Assembly (NCBI GenBank): GCA_947304585.1
Contig: CAMZBI010000001.1
Location: forward strand, 97,325 to 161,324
Source of the DNA: an uncultured Clostridia bacterium
GTDB lineage: Bacteria; Bacillota; Clostridia; UBA1212
Length of the DNA stretch: 64,000 bases
Direction: 5' to 3'
In this document: positions 31,401 to 41,300 of the stretch, piece after piece
Layout of the letters: every line of letters begins with the position of its first letter
Position numbering within the stretch: position 1 is the stretch's first letter
Made by a program: the position numbers and the translations under genes
Notes under the pieces: generated by a model
Seen by the model: the letters and a program-made list of their open reading frames with translations, nothing else
Told to the model about the DNA's origin: nothing
The model's database searches: none

Positions 31401-31771
31401 CAGCCACGGAGATCTTTGAGTTGAAGGTCCCCGATTTCAAAGAATACTGCAAAGAGGGCTCCGTCCTCACAGTCCGGGCGTTTTACAACCTCTCCGGGGA
31501 AACGGTATTTTCCCAGAGAAAGTGGGAGATCGAAGGGGGAGATCTGAGGGACGGGGAGCCTGAAACGTATGCCTGGCTGTCCGCATCGGAACTTCCGAAA
31601 GAATATGGGGCCGGGGGAGGCTGGTGTGGTACCGTTGGTTCTATAGATGAAGACGGTGCGGACAAGATCCTGCCAATTCTGGGCTTTTCCATAGGCGGGG
31701 CTGCGCTGATCACCGCAGGTGTTTTCACAGGGATCGGCATATCAAAAAAGAAAAAGGCCAAAAAGCAGTGA
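28481..31771 (+). CDS. Large secreted GH2-like glycoside hydrolase with a C-terminal transmembrane anchor.
   Basis: Signal peptide. 'FGTNV...DETGMMIFDEYPTWGN' and 'ILNEHGEYW' resemble GH2 TIM-barrel acid/base and nucleophile neighbourhoods. C-terminal hydrophobic helix plus KKKKAKK. Confidence 0.45.
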   Translation: MKRMTERIVRGGAIVLALVLVCGCFGYGNPVAAGGEGTAEILKKYECEDAKVFDSTGKKQISMIRENDKAASGGATAGSTGGKFFLFENVPESNFIHIAYASPNTSSMLAQIRYPGEENFTTLCSISFSTSNSWYMSSSYMATSPMVYMPAGSDIRIKPAVDANLDYLYLTLEKNLSSEFPPENTVAAENFAGNNTKEDYMAPYGRCAELTEGTSFIFIPPGVDRTNILNFTYTTSVGAVLEVSCGGETGSIELTSTPRNIYRTVGGNFEKLWTGGTVKVTCKKGTVKVACIGVAYAEKTETVSIKRDGALKRQTVLLDGIWGVDALTDVADWQPPEELPAIRYANTAPVPGLFGNAACSLGDYTTTMPVYTRIIDLDEEPSETVLLNIGSAMYGRHIYVNGVLVDTYEYNYTSSSTEIGQYLHKGTNYISIALGSFLSQWNNPKSVAHVLNDGESSSEEPGILDSVELVFCGGPDVTAVQLAPDIDRGSIGAKVTLANREDRDASTDVKITVYELGLFKDGKALKEEVKVGEISYNNVNIEAGGTADVEIPEVLFGGFSREKCWSPESPFLYRAEIETAGDVYSVRFGMRTFGFEAGTGYALLNGERRFLFGTNVAIERFFDDPLCGTRPWNEAFIRKLYSEFQSVNWTCFRTHLGHANSKWFDIADETGMMIFDEYPTWGNDPTDTIKTIMPEIERWIEDRGYHPSLVVFDAQNESTNSLNDRIIKKGRDYDIQHRPWDNGWRPPVGETDPVECHPYIIGTSGISGLESMVADRPIVTTADIGWTAEDYPGHPFILNEHGEYWINREGKAMSGTAAIWNLARPGITDDERLTYYCDLMSAQIEAFRAGRAYTGLLFFCGLASSTSSAKGVTSDILFLSSDMSGPESLCIKSYFKYLMKNSYAPLGITIGTYTEKRTAGQTVEVPVTLVNDTGEGVEDLDVTLVILSGEKILFADRKQMSVSAYSPETGSDGTATEIFELKVPDFKEYCKEGSVLTVRAFYNLSGETVFSQRKWEIEGGDLRDGEPETYAWLSASELPKEYGAGGGWCGTVGSIDEDGADKILPILGFSIGGAALITAGVFTGIGISKKKKAKKQ

Positions 31772-31935
31772 CCGCATTGCCTTCGTTTGTGATAAAATAG
31801 TCTAATACAAGAAGGTCGATGCATGTCCGGACCCCGGAGGGGAACCGCCGGGCAGTAAAGACGCAATAAATCCTGCGTCAACAGAACAACAACAATTCCC
31901 GGTAACCCCCGGGAGAAATACAAGGAGGAAAAGAA

Positions 31936-32391
31936 ATGTTTGAATTTGAGAGACTTTGCAAAACAGTTGAGGATATGGACCCCAAAACCTATAACGCCAT
32001 CATCTTCGAGAAAAGCGCCCGCATCATAGATGCGCTGACGTTCATCATGAAGGATGACGTAAAAGGGATCAACCTTTTTATCGAGCTTCTTCTCGGTGCA
32101 GTGGTAAGCGACGGAATGTTAGCAAGAGAGGAATACTTCCTCATTAAGCCCCTGCTCGAATTGGCTCTGGGGGGTCGCAGCCTGTCTTTCGATGAGGCAT
32201 TAGAGTATATTGCCTACGTGACCGAGGGCACCGAGGAGCACAAAGCTTTTGTCAATGACGTCACTGACCGGCTAGGCGAAATATCCGATGAACTGAAGGG
32301 TGATATCGTTATGGTCTGCATGATGGTATGCGGAGTTGACGGCGATATCTCACGCAAAGAGAAAAAGTGGCTCAAAGAGCTGATTAAATAA
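31936..32391 (+). CDS. TerB-like (tellurite-resistance TerB fold) small protein.
   Basis: 151-aa helical protein with a TerB-like pattern of acidic/hydrophobic heptads. RBS AGGAGGAA. Confidence 0.35.
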   Translation: MFEFERLCKTVEDMDPKTYNAIIFEKSARIIDALTFIMKDDVKGINLFIELLLGAVVSDGMLAREEYFLIKPLLELALGGRSLSFDEALEYIAYVTEGTEEHKAFVNDVTDRLGEISDELKGDIVMVCMMVCGVDGDISRKEKKWLKELIK

Positions 32392-32435
32392 TTGCCAAAG
32401 GAAACACCCGCGCTGCGAGGCGCGGCGAAAAAAGA

Positions 32436-32480
32436 GGCCCCGGGCTCCCCGAAATTATCAGGAGAGCCCGGGGCTTTTGG
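32436..32480. terminator. Bidirectional rho-independent terminator.
   Basis: GGCCCCGGGCTC...GAGCCCGGGGC stem followed by TTTTGG on + strand and preceded by an A-run (a T-run on the - strand). Lies between convergent genes. Confidence 0.6.
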
Positions 32481-32595
32481 TAAAAGTCTGCGGTTATTTG
32501 TTCACTGATCTGCGCTTTCGGCGCGAGTGGTGCGGCGCGTTGCGCCGAGTGGTGCGAGCCTCCGGCTCGAGTGATTACTGTTCACTGTCCGCTCT

Positions 32596-35262
32596 TCACT
32601 CTTCACCCTTACCTTTTTTTCGACGCAGAACCACCGCAACAACGACGGCACCCGCTGCGACAACTGCAACGCACAAAACGATAATGATCACCGGCACGGG
32701 GTCAAACGTCTTGTCCGCATCTTCCGGCTCCTTTGCCGGGTCTTCCTGTGCGGGAGCTTTGGTGGGGATCGGAAGGTCCTCTTCGGTAACGGTGACCGTT
32801 ATCACCTGGGTGTAGAGGCTGAAACCGTTGGTGGAGGTGGGGGCCTTGGAGGGGTCCGTTGACGTTTCCAGGCGGTAGATCAGGTGGGCGGTGCCCGGGG
32901 CCTTGGCGGTGACGGTGTTGCCTTTTACAGTGATGAACTCTTCCCCGTCGAGAACGATGAGCTCGGGAGCTTTTTTAACAGTGCCGTCCGGGTATTTGCC
33001 GCCGGTCTCGTATTTGCCTGTGCGGGTGTTGACCGTTGGCGTGAAGGTGACGGAAGAGGCCTCTTTGGTGGTGAGGGAGATGCGGTTCACGTAACCGGTG
33101 CCAATGTTGATCCCGGTTGCAATATCACCGGCTTCCCCGGAGGTGTCAGTGGTGATGCCGCCGACGCCGAGAAGATAGGCGTTCCTGGTGTTGGTCTGGC
33201 CGTAGGTCCAGGGCCAGGCAGTGACGCCCCTGTACATGAGGCCTCTTATGACCTTGTCGGAGTAAAGGCCGCTGGGATTGAAGGTGGCGTTCCGGGTGAC
33301 CGTCTCGGGAATGACCTTGTTTATGACTCCGGCGTAGGAATTGGCGCTGGGTGTGCCCATGAGCTGGCCGGCGGAGATCTCAGGTCTGATCTTCCGCAGC
33401 GTAACGATCTGGGAGGACAGGAAAGTGATCATGCAGCAGCGTCTTTCCAGACCCATCTCCTCCACCAGGTCGAAGACTTTCTGAGTGATGTCGTTTTTCT
33501 CTTCCTTTATCTCAATGAAGAACATCACGTCTTCGTCTTTCAGCGCCTCGAAGAATTCTTTGAGGGTCGGAAGTTTCACTTTGGGGTATTTAGTGAAGGT
33601 GCCGTAACTTGAAGATTTTATTACGGAGAGCTTGTCCAGCTCGGCGGAGGTCTTTGAATTTATGCTGCCGCTGCCGTTGGTGGTGCCGGCGAGGTTCTCG
33701 TCGTGGAGAATGTAGATGACCCCGTCTTTTGACAGTCGCACGTCGAGCTCGATGCAGTCCGCACCCGCGGCAACCGCCTCTTTCGCACTTTCCACAGTGT
33801 TCTCCGGGGCCGCGGAGGGAAGGCCTCTGTGCCCTATAATCAGGGGATTTCTTACAAGGACGCTGATGTCGTTTTTGTAGAAGTCATAGGCCTTGATGAG
33901 CTGGTCCGGGGTGTCTGTGACAATGCCGTTGGCGCCTGACTGGATGCCGTTGTGGAGCATGACGGGGGTGTCGGCCTCTTCACGGATCCACACTGTGATC
34001 AGCCTGTGCTGGACGTATTCAACGCCTGCCTTGTCGAGGAGGGACTCGGGGATCAGAACGGTCTTGGCGGAACTCCGGTTGACGGCGTAGACGATCTCCT
34101 GGGGATCTGTCTTGTATTTGGAAAGGTCGGCGGTCTCCGTCAGGTCCAGAACGCCCCCGCTTTTCTTCCGGCTGCTCCGGAGAGTTGCCAATACCTCCGG
34201 GTCGGAGGAGAGGAACAGACAGTCGACAAAGGACTTGCTCTTGACAAATTCGATGATCTTTTCGGCAGCGCCAATGTTTCTCACCCCGAAGACGGGCACC
34301 ATGGCCCGGTAAATGGAGTTGTAGACCTCCTCGAAAGAGCCGATGACAGTTTTTCCGTCTCTTGAGACAAAGTTTCCGCCTTCGTCCACCCAGAGGATCA
34401 CGTTCTCGGGGCGTTTTGACATTGAAAGAAATCTTTCAAGTTCCTCTGCAGACGAGGGCTCGCAGACCGTAGCTGCGGAAGCGACCACTGCTGAGTTCAG
34501 AAAGTCGTAATTCATGTAGGACTTGTCGCCGGTCGAAGGATCTTCTTTGAAAGTGCATTTTGAGACCTTGACGTTGTCAATGGCGATCTTTGCATTGGCG
34601 GCCTGGATCGCAAGTCCGCCTTTCTTGTAGATGCCCCGGATGCCCTCCAGCGCATCGGTGTTGATGACGAGTTTGCCGTTGAAGTATTCAAAGACTCTGT
34701 TCCCCACGATGGAGATTTTTATGTGACCTGTATTGTTCAGCCCGAGGGCAGAAGGTGCGGCGCCGGTGTTCATAACGGACCAGGTGCCCGGGGTTCTTCT
34801 GGCGAATTCAATGCCGTTGGAGGCGGTGGTGTTGCGCCTGACGCACATCTGAAGGTATTCCTCGTCTGCGGTCTGCTGCCTGACGATGAGGGACATCCAA
34901 CGGGAGTCGTTGGCGGAGGAGATGAAGGACACGTCGCACTCAAAGGAGTAATCGCCTGTCTCCTCGGGAAGAGCGGGCAGGAGCACCTTGCCGAAGCCCA
35001 CGTTGTAGGAGTCAATGATAAGCTTTCCGTCCTGCACGGAGGCGCTGCCGCCGCTTGTCAGGTCCTTGTTCATCTTCCAGCCTGAGGGCAGCTTACCGTT
35101 CGCGACAGAGTCAAAGTTTTCCTCGAAAAGCAGGTCCCCGTCCACCATTTCGTCGGCCGCAAGGGCGGAATAACCTCCCGTGACTGCGACAGCCGCCAAT
35201 ACCGAAAGCACCAGCAGCAAAGACAGGACTTTCCTGAAGCGTGCAGTAAAATCAGAGTTCAT
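32596..35262 (-). CDS. Secreted glycerophosphodiester phosphodiesterase (GDPD) multidomain protein with a C-terminal membrane anchor.
   Basis: 'IIGHRGLPSAAPENTVESAKEAVAAGADCIELDVRLSKDGV...LHDENL' is the canonical GP-PDE block. Start reassigned to the internal Met at 35262, which has RBS AAGGAGA and a signal peptide. C-terminal TM helix plus RRKKGK. Confidence 0.7.
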   Translation of the reverse strand: MNSDFTARFRKVLSLLLVLSVLAAVAVTGGYSALAADEMVDGDLLFEENFDSVANGKLPSGWKMNKDLTSGGSASVQDGKLIIDSYNVGFGKVLLPALPEETGDYSFECDVSFISSANDSRWMSLIVRQQTADEEYLQMCVRRNTTASNGIEFARRTPGTWSVMNTGAAPSALGLNNTGHIKISIVGNRVFEYFNGKLVINTDALEGIRGIYKKGGLAIQAANAKIAIDNVKVSKCTFKEDPSTGDKSYMNYDFLNSAVVASAATVCEPSSAEELERFLSMSKRPENVILWVDEGGNFVSRDGKTVIGSFEEVYNSIYRAMVPVFGVRNIGAAEKIIEFVKSKSFVDCLFLSSDPEVLATLRSSRKKSGGVLDLTETADLSKYKTDPQEIVYAVNRSSAKTVLIPESLLDKAGVEYVQHRLITVWIREEADTPVMLHNGIQSGANGIVTDTPDQLIKAYDFYKNDISVLVRNPLIIGHRGLPSAAPENTVESAKEAVAAGADCIELDVRLSKDGVIYILHDENLAGTTNGSGSINSKTSAELDKLSVIKSSSYGTFTKYPKVKLPTLKEFFEALKDEDVMFFIEIKEEKNDITQKVFDLVEEMGLERRCCMITFLSSQIVTLRKIRPEISAGQLMGTPSANSYAGVINKVIPETVTRNATFNPSGLYSDKVIRGLMYRGVTAWPWTYGQTNTRNAYLLGVGGITTDTSGEAGDIATGINIGTGYVNRISLTTKEASSVTFTPTVNTRTGKYETGGKYPDGTVKKAPELIVLDGEEFITVKGNTVTAKAPGTAHLIYRLETSTDPSKAPTSTNGFSLYTQVITVTVTEEDLPIPTKAPAQEDPAKEPEDADKTFDPVPVIIIVLCVAVVAAGAVVVAVVLRRKKGKGEE

Positions 35263-35553
35263 TTCGTATCTCCTTTTAAACAACCCGGATGTCCGGAAAA
35301 GTGATTTAAGGATACACCAAGGGACCTCCTTTGTCAACGGAAACAAGGGTTTTGGAGGGGGCTTCTGCGAGCCTCCGGAGGTGACCTGCATCTTAAAAAC
35401 CGTTGACAAAAGACCCCCGGAAACATTGGTAAAAGAACCCCGGAATCATTGACAAAAGCCCCCGAAAAACAGTAAAATAAAAGTTGTTTGACAGACCGCC
35501 AAAGACGGCGGAAATTTTAAATACATCTTGTGCTTAAAAGGAGATATCCGATC

Positions 35554-37242
35554 ATGAGAAACTATCTCAAAACAGCTGCGGCTTTACTTCTGGCAGTTAT
35601 ACTTTGCATCTCGGCTTTCGGCTGCAACGTCGAGACGACAGTGGATCCCACGGCAGCTCCTGTCCCTGCGGCGTCCCCCACGGAAGAACCCACCCCCACG
35701 CCGGAACCGGATCCGGACGTTATGATAGACGAGACGATAGACGCGCCTTACGCCGCCGACTTCACTGTATCAAAGACCTTCTCAAAGAACATGGTCGTTC
35801 AGCGGGGCGAGCGTATCCGCGTATGGGGCTGGGCCGACGAATCCGAGAACGGTAAAAAAGTGTCCGGCGAGTTTATGGGCATGTTCACCGAAGCCCTTGT
35901 TGAGAATGGCGAGTGGGTCCTCACCTTCAAGGCAAAGCTGGAGGCCAATGCAAACCTCGGCAACAACCTGCGGGTCTACACCGACACCAAGGAAGTCGTC
36001 CTTGAGGACATTCTCGTTGGCGACGTCTACATGGTCATTGGCCAGTCCAACTGCGCATACCAGATGAGCATCCACTGGGATTACGTTGGCAAGAACAATC
36101 CGGACAAATGCTCCATCGATTCGGTTGACGGAGATCTGCCCATCAGGATCTGCTACAACTCCCACACCATGTCCAACGGAAACAAGCGGGGTACCGCAGA
36201 GGTCTGCAAGGACATCAAACAGAAGAACATCTGGAAAAAAGCCACCAGGGGCAGCCTCTCCAACTTCTCGGCTATCGGCTACCTTTTTGCCTGGAATTAC
36301 GTAAAAATGACCAACGGCACAGTGCCTGTGGGAATGATCGAGATCGACGGCAACGGAATGCCTCTCGCCCACTTCCTGCCCAATGAAGTTGCGGAAAACA
36401 ACAACACGGACACCTGGAATGAGGCAAAGGGCTACTACGTGGCCACCGGCGTCAACGGCAACCAGGCCCGCTTCATGTACAACGAATTCATGTACCCCTA
36501 TGAGAGAATGGCCATGGCCGGCATACTCTGGTACCAGGGCGAGAGCGACATGCAGGACAGAGAGGCCAACAGGTACGCCAAGGCCTACTGCGAGTTCATC
36601 GACCACATGAGGAACGTCCACAACCTGACCAACAAAAACTTCCCCGTTTACTTCATCGAGTTCCCCACGGAATATCCGAAACCGGCTGACTACAAAGGCT
36701 CCAACCCCTGGGCAATCATGGATTTCGGCAAGATCCGCGGAATTATGGGAAGCATGGTCACCATGAGGGAGAACTTCTTCCAGATCCAGTCCTCCGACCT
36801 CTGGACGGACAAGACCTTCTGGAACCAGCTCCACCCCAACTGCAAATTTGAGCAGGCCGAAAGAGCCGCCAAGATCGCCTGCGCTTTCCACGGCGAGGGC
36901 GGCATCACACTGGACAACGCCTCGGGCCCCATTGTCGAGTCCGTCACCTACTCGGCGGACGGCAAAAAGGCCACCATCAAGTACAAGAACGTTGGCGAAG
37001 GACTTAAGACTGTTGACGGAGGCGATACCGTAAAAGGATACGCCGCTGTGCCGGCAAAGAACACTGTCAGCTCCGCACTCACAGGTAAGATTGTGGGAAA
37101 AGACACTGTCGAGGTGACCTCCAACACTGCTCTTGCGGGCATTGCCTACAACGTTAAATATTCCTACGCCTTCGGAAACGAGATCAACCTCTGCAACTCC
37201 GCAGGGATCCCCGCAGGCGCATTCCTTCTGAACAAGGATTGA
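35554..37242 (+). CDS. Sialate O-acetylesterase-like (DUF303/SGNH) carbohydrate esterase lipoprotein.
   Basis: 'VYMVIGQSNCAY' GQSN block. RBS AAAGGAGA before the ATG at 35554. Lipobox 'SAFGC'. TPEP linker. Confidence 0.6.
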   Translation: MRNYLKTAAALLLAVILCISAFGCNVETTVDPTAAPVPAASPTEEPTPTPEPDPDVMIDETIDAPYAADFTVSKTFSKNMVVQRGERIRVWGWADESENGKKVSGEFMGMFTEALVENGEWVLTFKAKLEANANLGNNLRVYTDTKEVVLEDILVGDVYMVIGQSNCAYQMSIHWDYVGKNNPDKCSIDSVDGDLPIRICYNSHTMSNGNKRGTAEVCKDIKQKNIWKKATRGSLSNFSAIGYLFAWNYVKMTNGTVPVGMIEIDGNGMPLAHFLPNEVAENNNTDTWNEAKGYYVATGVNGNQARFMYNEFMYPYERMAMAGILWYQGESDMQDREANRYAKAYCEFIDHMRNVHNLTNKNFPVYFIEFPTEYPKPADYKGSNPWAIMDFGKIRGIMGSMVTMRENFFQIQSSDLWTDKTFWNQLHPNCKFEQAERAAKIACAFHGEGGITLDNASGPIVESVTYSADGKKATIKYKNVGEGLKTVDGGDTVKGYAAVPAKNTVSSALTGKIVGKDTVEVTSNTALAGIAYNVKYSYAFGNEINLCNSAGIPAGAFLLNKD

Positions 37243-37305
37243 GTTTGAACAAAGACTGAGCGGACCTGAAAACTGACTGCCTCAACGGGACCGGAGGTAT
37301 TGGCG

Positions 37306-38325
37306 ATGAGTAAAAAAACAGTAAAAGATCCCTTTGAGGATGTTGACGTAAGCGAAAATATGTTTTACCCGGACATTCCTCAGGAGGGAGACATTCCGGA
37401 AGGCGGCGGACCGGAGGACTTTCCCGGAGACGGCGATGAAGCACTCAGCGGCAAAAGAAGGGGCACCGGGGTGACCAAAAATCCCGGAGAGGCGGAACTT
37501 ACGGAGGATTCCGTCGACCCCCTGGCCCGGTTTCTCAACGAGGTCAGGGAATACGCCAATATCACCCCCGAAGAGGAGGCCCTGCTTATTGAGAAAGTCC
37601 GGGAGGGCGATCAGGAGGCCCTGGACAGGCTGATCCTTTCCAAGCAGAAACTTTTGGTTCACTATGCCCGGAAATTCATGAACAGAGGCCTTGAACTGGA
37701 AGATCTGGTGGCGGCGGGAAACGAGGGGCTTATGGCTGCAGTTAAGAAATACGACCCTGAAAAAAGCAACGGGGCGACTCTCGCCACCTATGCCAGCAGC
37801 GACATAATGAAGTCTTTGAGGCGGGCTGTTTTTGCCGCCGAACTCATCAGAAAGCCCGAATCCGTGCACCTGGAGATGAAAAAGATCTCCGATGCGGAAA
37901 GCGAATACAGGGAGAAATACGGCAAGTACCCGGGACCAAAGAAACTCAGCGAGATCACGGGCATAAAAGAGTCAAAAGTGATCAAACTGCTTATGCTCAG
38001 GGTACAACAGCCTGTGATTTCCCTTGATGCGACTGTGGGCGACGATGACGACACCGAGCTGTACGAGATCGTTGCCGGCGGTGAGGAAAAGGACAATGAC
38101 GACGCCATCGAGGAAATACTGAAAAGACATATAAAGGTTCTTGACGACAGGGAGAGGCGGGTTTTTGAAGCCTACTACGGTCTGTTCGGGACGGAGAAAA
38201 AGAATCTCGGAGACCTGGCAAAGGAACTGGGATTGTCGGTACAGCGGGTCTCCCAGATAAAAAAACACGCGGAGAAAGTCCTTGTCGAAAACGGCATGCT
38301 GGACGAGATCCGAGACATCTGGTAA
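37306..38325 (+). CDS. Sigma-70-family RNA polymerase sigma factor with a divergent region 2.3/2.4.
   Basis: Region 2 'DLVAAGNEGLMAAVKKYDPEKS'. Region 4.2 HTH 'LGDLAKELGLSVQRVSQIKKHAEKVL'. Acidic N-terminus. RBS GGAGG 8 nt before the ATG at 37306 (the ORF track used a TTG at 37300). Confidence 0.6.
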   Translation: MSKKTVKDPFEDVDVSENMFYPDIPQEGDIPEGGGPEDFPGDGDEALSGKRRGTGVTKNPGEAELTEDSVDPLARFLNEVREYANITPEEEALLIEKVREGDQEALDRLILSKQKLLVHYARKFMNRGLELEDLVAAGNEGLMAAVKKYDPEKSNGATLATYASSDIMKSLRRAVFAAELIRKPESVHLEMKKISDAESEYREKYGKYPGPKKLSEITGIKESKVIKLLMLRVQQPVISLDATVGDDDDTELYEIVAGGEEKDNDDAIEEILKRHIKVLDDRERRVFEAYYGLFGTEKKNLGDLAKELGLSVQRVSQIKKHAEKVLVENGMLDEIRDIW

Positions 38326-38385
38326 AAAGACATTTCAGCCTGAGGCGGAAAGAGAGACCGGTCAGAAGGCCCGTGGAGCAACACC

Positions 38386-41300
38386 ATGACAGAAGACATA
38401 AAGACAGAAGTTTTGACCGGCGGGGTCGGCAGCACACCGACCCCCTTTAGCGTGCCTTCGGTTCGGGACGACAGCGGAGACCGGCAATATGTTATAAACG
38501 CCAATGACGGCTCCGGGAGCAACGTGCTGATCTCCGCAGCCGCGGGCACCGGAAAGACCAAGACCCTGGTGGACCGGATCGTTGAAAAAACGAAGAAACT
38601 TCCGGCCGACAGACATATAGACTCCTTCGCAGTGGTGACTTTTACCAGGGCTGCTGCCTCGGAACTGGCTGTCAAGATCGGAAAAGCTCTGGAAGAAGCC
38701 GCAGAAGGGCTACGGAAAACCGGCGACACTGTTCTTGCGGAGAAACTTGACCGGGAAGTGTATATGCTTCCCAAGGCCATGATCGGCACCATTGACGCTT
38801 TCTGTCTGGAAGTGGTGAGAAAGAATTTCACCGCAGTCGAAAGCTCAATTGATTCCTCCTTCGCGATAGACGATGATATAGTCGACGTCATAAGGAAAAG
38901 GGCCGTTGAGACTGTCCTTGAGGAATACTATTCAAAGTCCGCCGACGATCCAAAAGGGAGGACTATAAGAAAGATACTTACAGCCTGCAAGGCCTTCAGA
39001 GACGACAGCGAACTGACGTCGATCCTGCTTGAAATCTGCAGCTTTTGCGACGATCTGCCGGACCCGAAAGCCTGGCTGGAATATGGCGCCGGTCTTTTTA
39101 CAGTGCCCGACGATATCAGGGATAATGATATTTACAAAGCCCTGAAGAAGGAATACGAAGAGGTCCTGAAAGAGTGCCGGGATCACCTGGCGGCAGTGAT
39201 AGGACACATAGACGGACACCCGGAGGAATACGCAGCGTACGCCGCAGAGACCGCCAAACACCGGGAGTGGTTTTTGGGATTTAAAGGCGGATTTGAAGCC
39301 GAACTGCTGAGGCTGGAGAGCGAAAGCGAACCCTTCCCGGCCCTGTTTAATTCATTGCCGGTAAAAAGCAGCAAGGCCCCCGGGAGCAAGATAAAGGCGG
39401 ACGATCCTGTAATGATGGCAAAACAGGAGCACGTCAGGGCAAGACTTGTGGCGGAAAGGGAAACCTTAAGAAAGTATTACAAAGAGTCCTATGAGGCTAT
39501 AGTGAAACCGCTTCTTAAGGACAGCAAAAAGAAAAATGATACTGTCAAGGAGGCCGACCTTGATCCGGAAAAACGGTCGAAGGTCTTCCGGGAAGGCATT
39601 GGGGAACTTGGCGAATACGTGTCGCTGATCGCTGAGATCGCCCTTAAAGTATACGAAAAGACTCTTGAAGACTGCGCCGCAAGAAAGACCTTCTCCTTCT
39701 CCGCCATAAGCCATTTTGCGCTGGAGATCCTTTGCGGGAAAAAAGAAGGCATCGGGAACGATTACGACATGGCTCTTAAACTCCCCGCAACCGACGTGGC
39801 CAAAGCCTACCGCAGAAGATTTGACGAAATATATATTGACGAATATCAGGACACCAGCCTGCTTCAGGAGTTCATCCTGACCCTTGTTTCACGGACCGCG
39901 GACAGCGCCTATAATTATGAGCACAACATGATAATGGTGGGTGACGTCAAGCAGAGCATCTATGCCTTCCGGAACACAAAGCCGGAACTGATGCTTGCCA
40001 AGATCCGTGAATACGGCAAAGGCAACGGGGGCGTGCTCAAGACCCTTTCCAAAAATTTCAGAAGCAGACAGCCGGTCCTGAGCGGAATAAACGATATATT
40101 TGCCAAAATGATGACCGCCAATGCCTCTGACATAGACTACGCAAACGGCGGCCACGTGCTTGCTTACGGCGCGGTGAAAAGGTACAGCGAGTCATCCGAC
40201 GGGGCGGACGCTCTTAAAGAGCGCTGCGAACTGATATTCCTGCCTGAAAAAAAGACGGAAAAAAAGGAGAATACCGACGATCAGGACAACCCCGGAACAG
40301 AAGAAGCAGCCCCCATGAAAGGCCCGGAAAGAGAGGCCCTGTTTGTGGCCTGCAAGATCAGGGAACTTTTTGAAAAAGGATTCACTGTCTCCGAATCCTA
40401 CAGAGACGAAAACAACGAGGAACACTTCAGGCCCAGGCCCCTCCGGTACGGAGACATCTGCATCATTGCCAATAACAACAAAAGCCTTGCCGCCATGTCC
40501 GGCGGCCTTGGCGATTACGGCCTGCCCTCGGAGACCTTCAGCACGGATGCTTTCTTTGAGACCCCGGAGATCTACGACATTCTGAATTTTGTGCAGATCA
40601 TCGACAATCCGAGAAATGACGTTCCCCTGGCGGCTGTCCTGAGATCGGCCTTTTTCGGGTTCAATTTTGAGGAACTTACGGGGATAGTTGCCGCCGCCAA
40701 TGGCGTTGGCAAAGAACTGAAACACGCGGATCTCTGGGAAAGGATAGTTGCCGCAGCTGAGCGCAGCGGAGGGAAAGACCTTGAAGACGCGATCCTTACG
40801 GCGGAACTGCAGGTCAAAATCAAGGAAACCGTAGAAAAGATCAGAGAACTGCGGGAGTTTTCCGAGAACACCGGCACCTCTGCCTTCGTGTGGAAACTGA
40901 TCAACTTTAACGGTTACTACGAAAAGTGCGGAAACAGTGCAAAGGGCAACCTCAGGATGTTCCTTGACTTTTCCCTGCCTTTCGACACAGGTATCTCCGG
41001 CGGCTTCTGCAGTTTTGTCAGGAACATCGTTAGCAGAGCAGAAACAGATGCGAAAAAGTCGGATTCGCAAAAACTCAAAGGATATGCGGTGGCCTCCGAC
41101 GATCCGGACAAGATCAGATTCATGACGGTCCACAAGAGCAAAGGACTGGAATTCCCGGTGGTCTTCTACGTGGCGACCAACGTGGTCGGTACCGACAGAC
41201 CGGCTGCGGTTCGGTGCGACGAGAAGCTTGGAATAGGCCTTACTTTCAGCTTTGAGGGGGATTCGGGCTTCAAAAAAATTGCGGAAACAGCTCCCAACAT

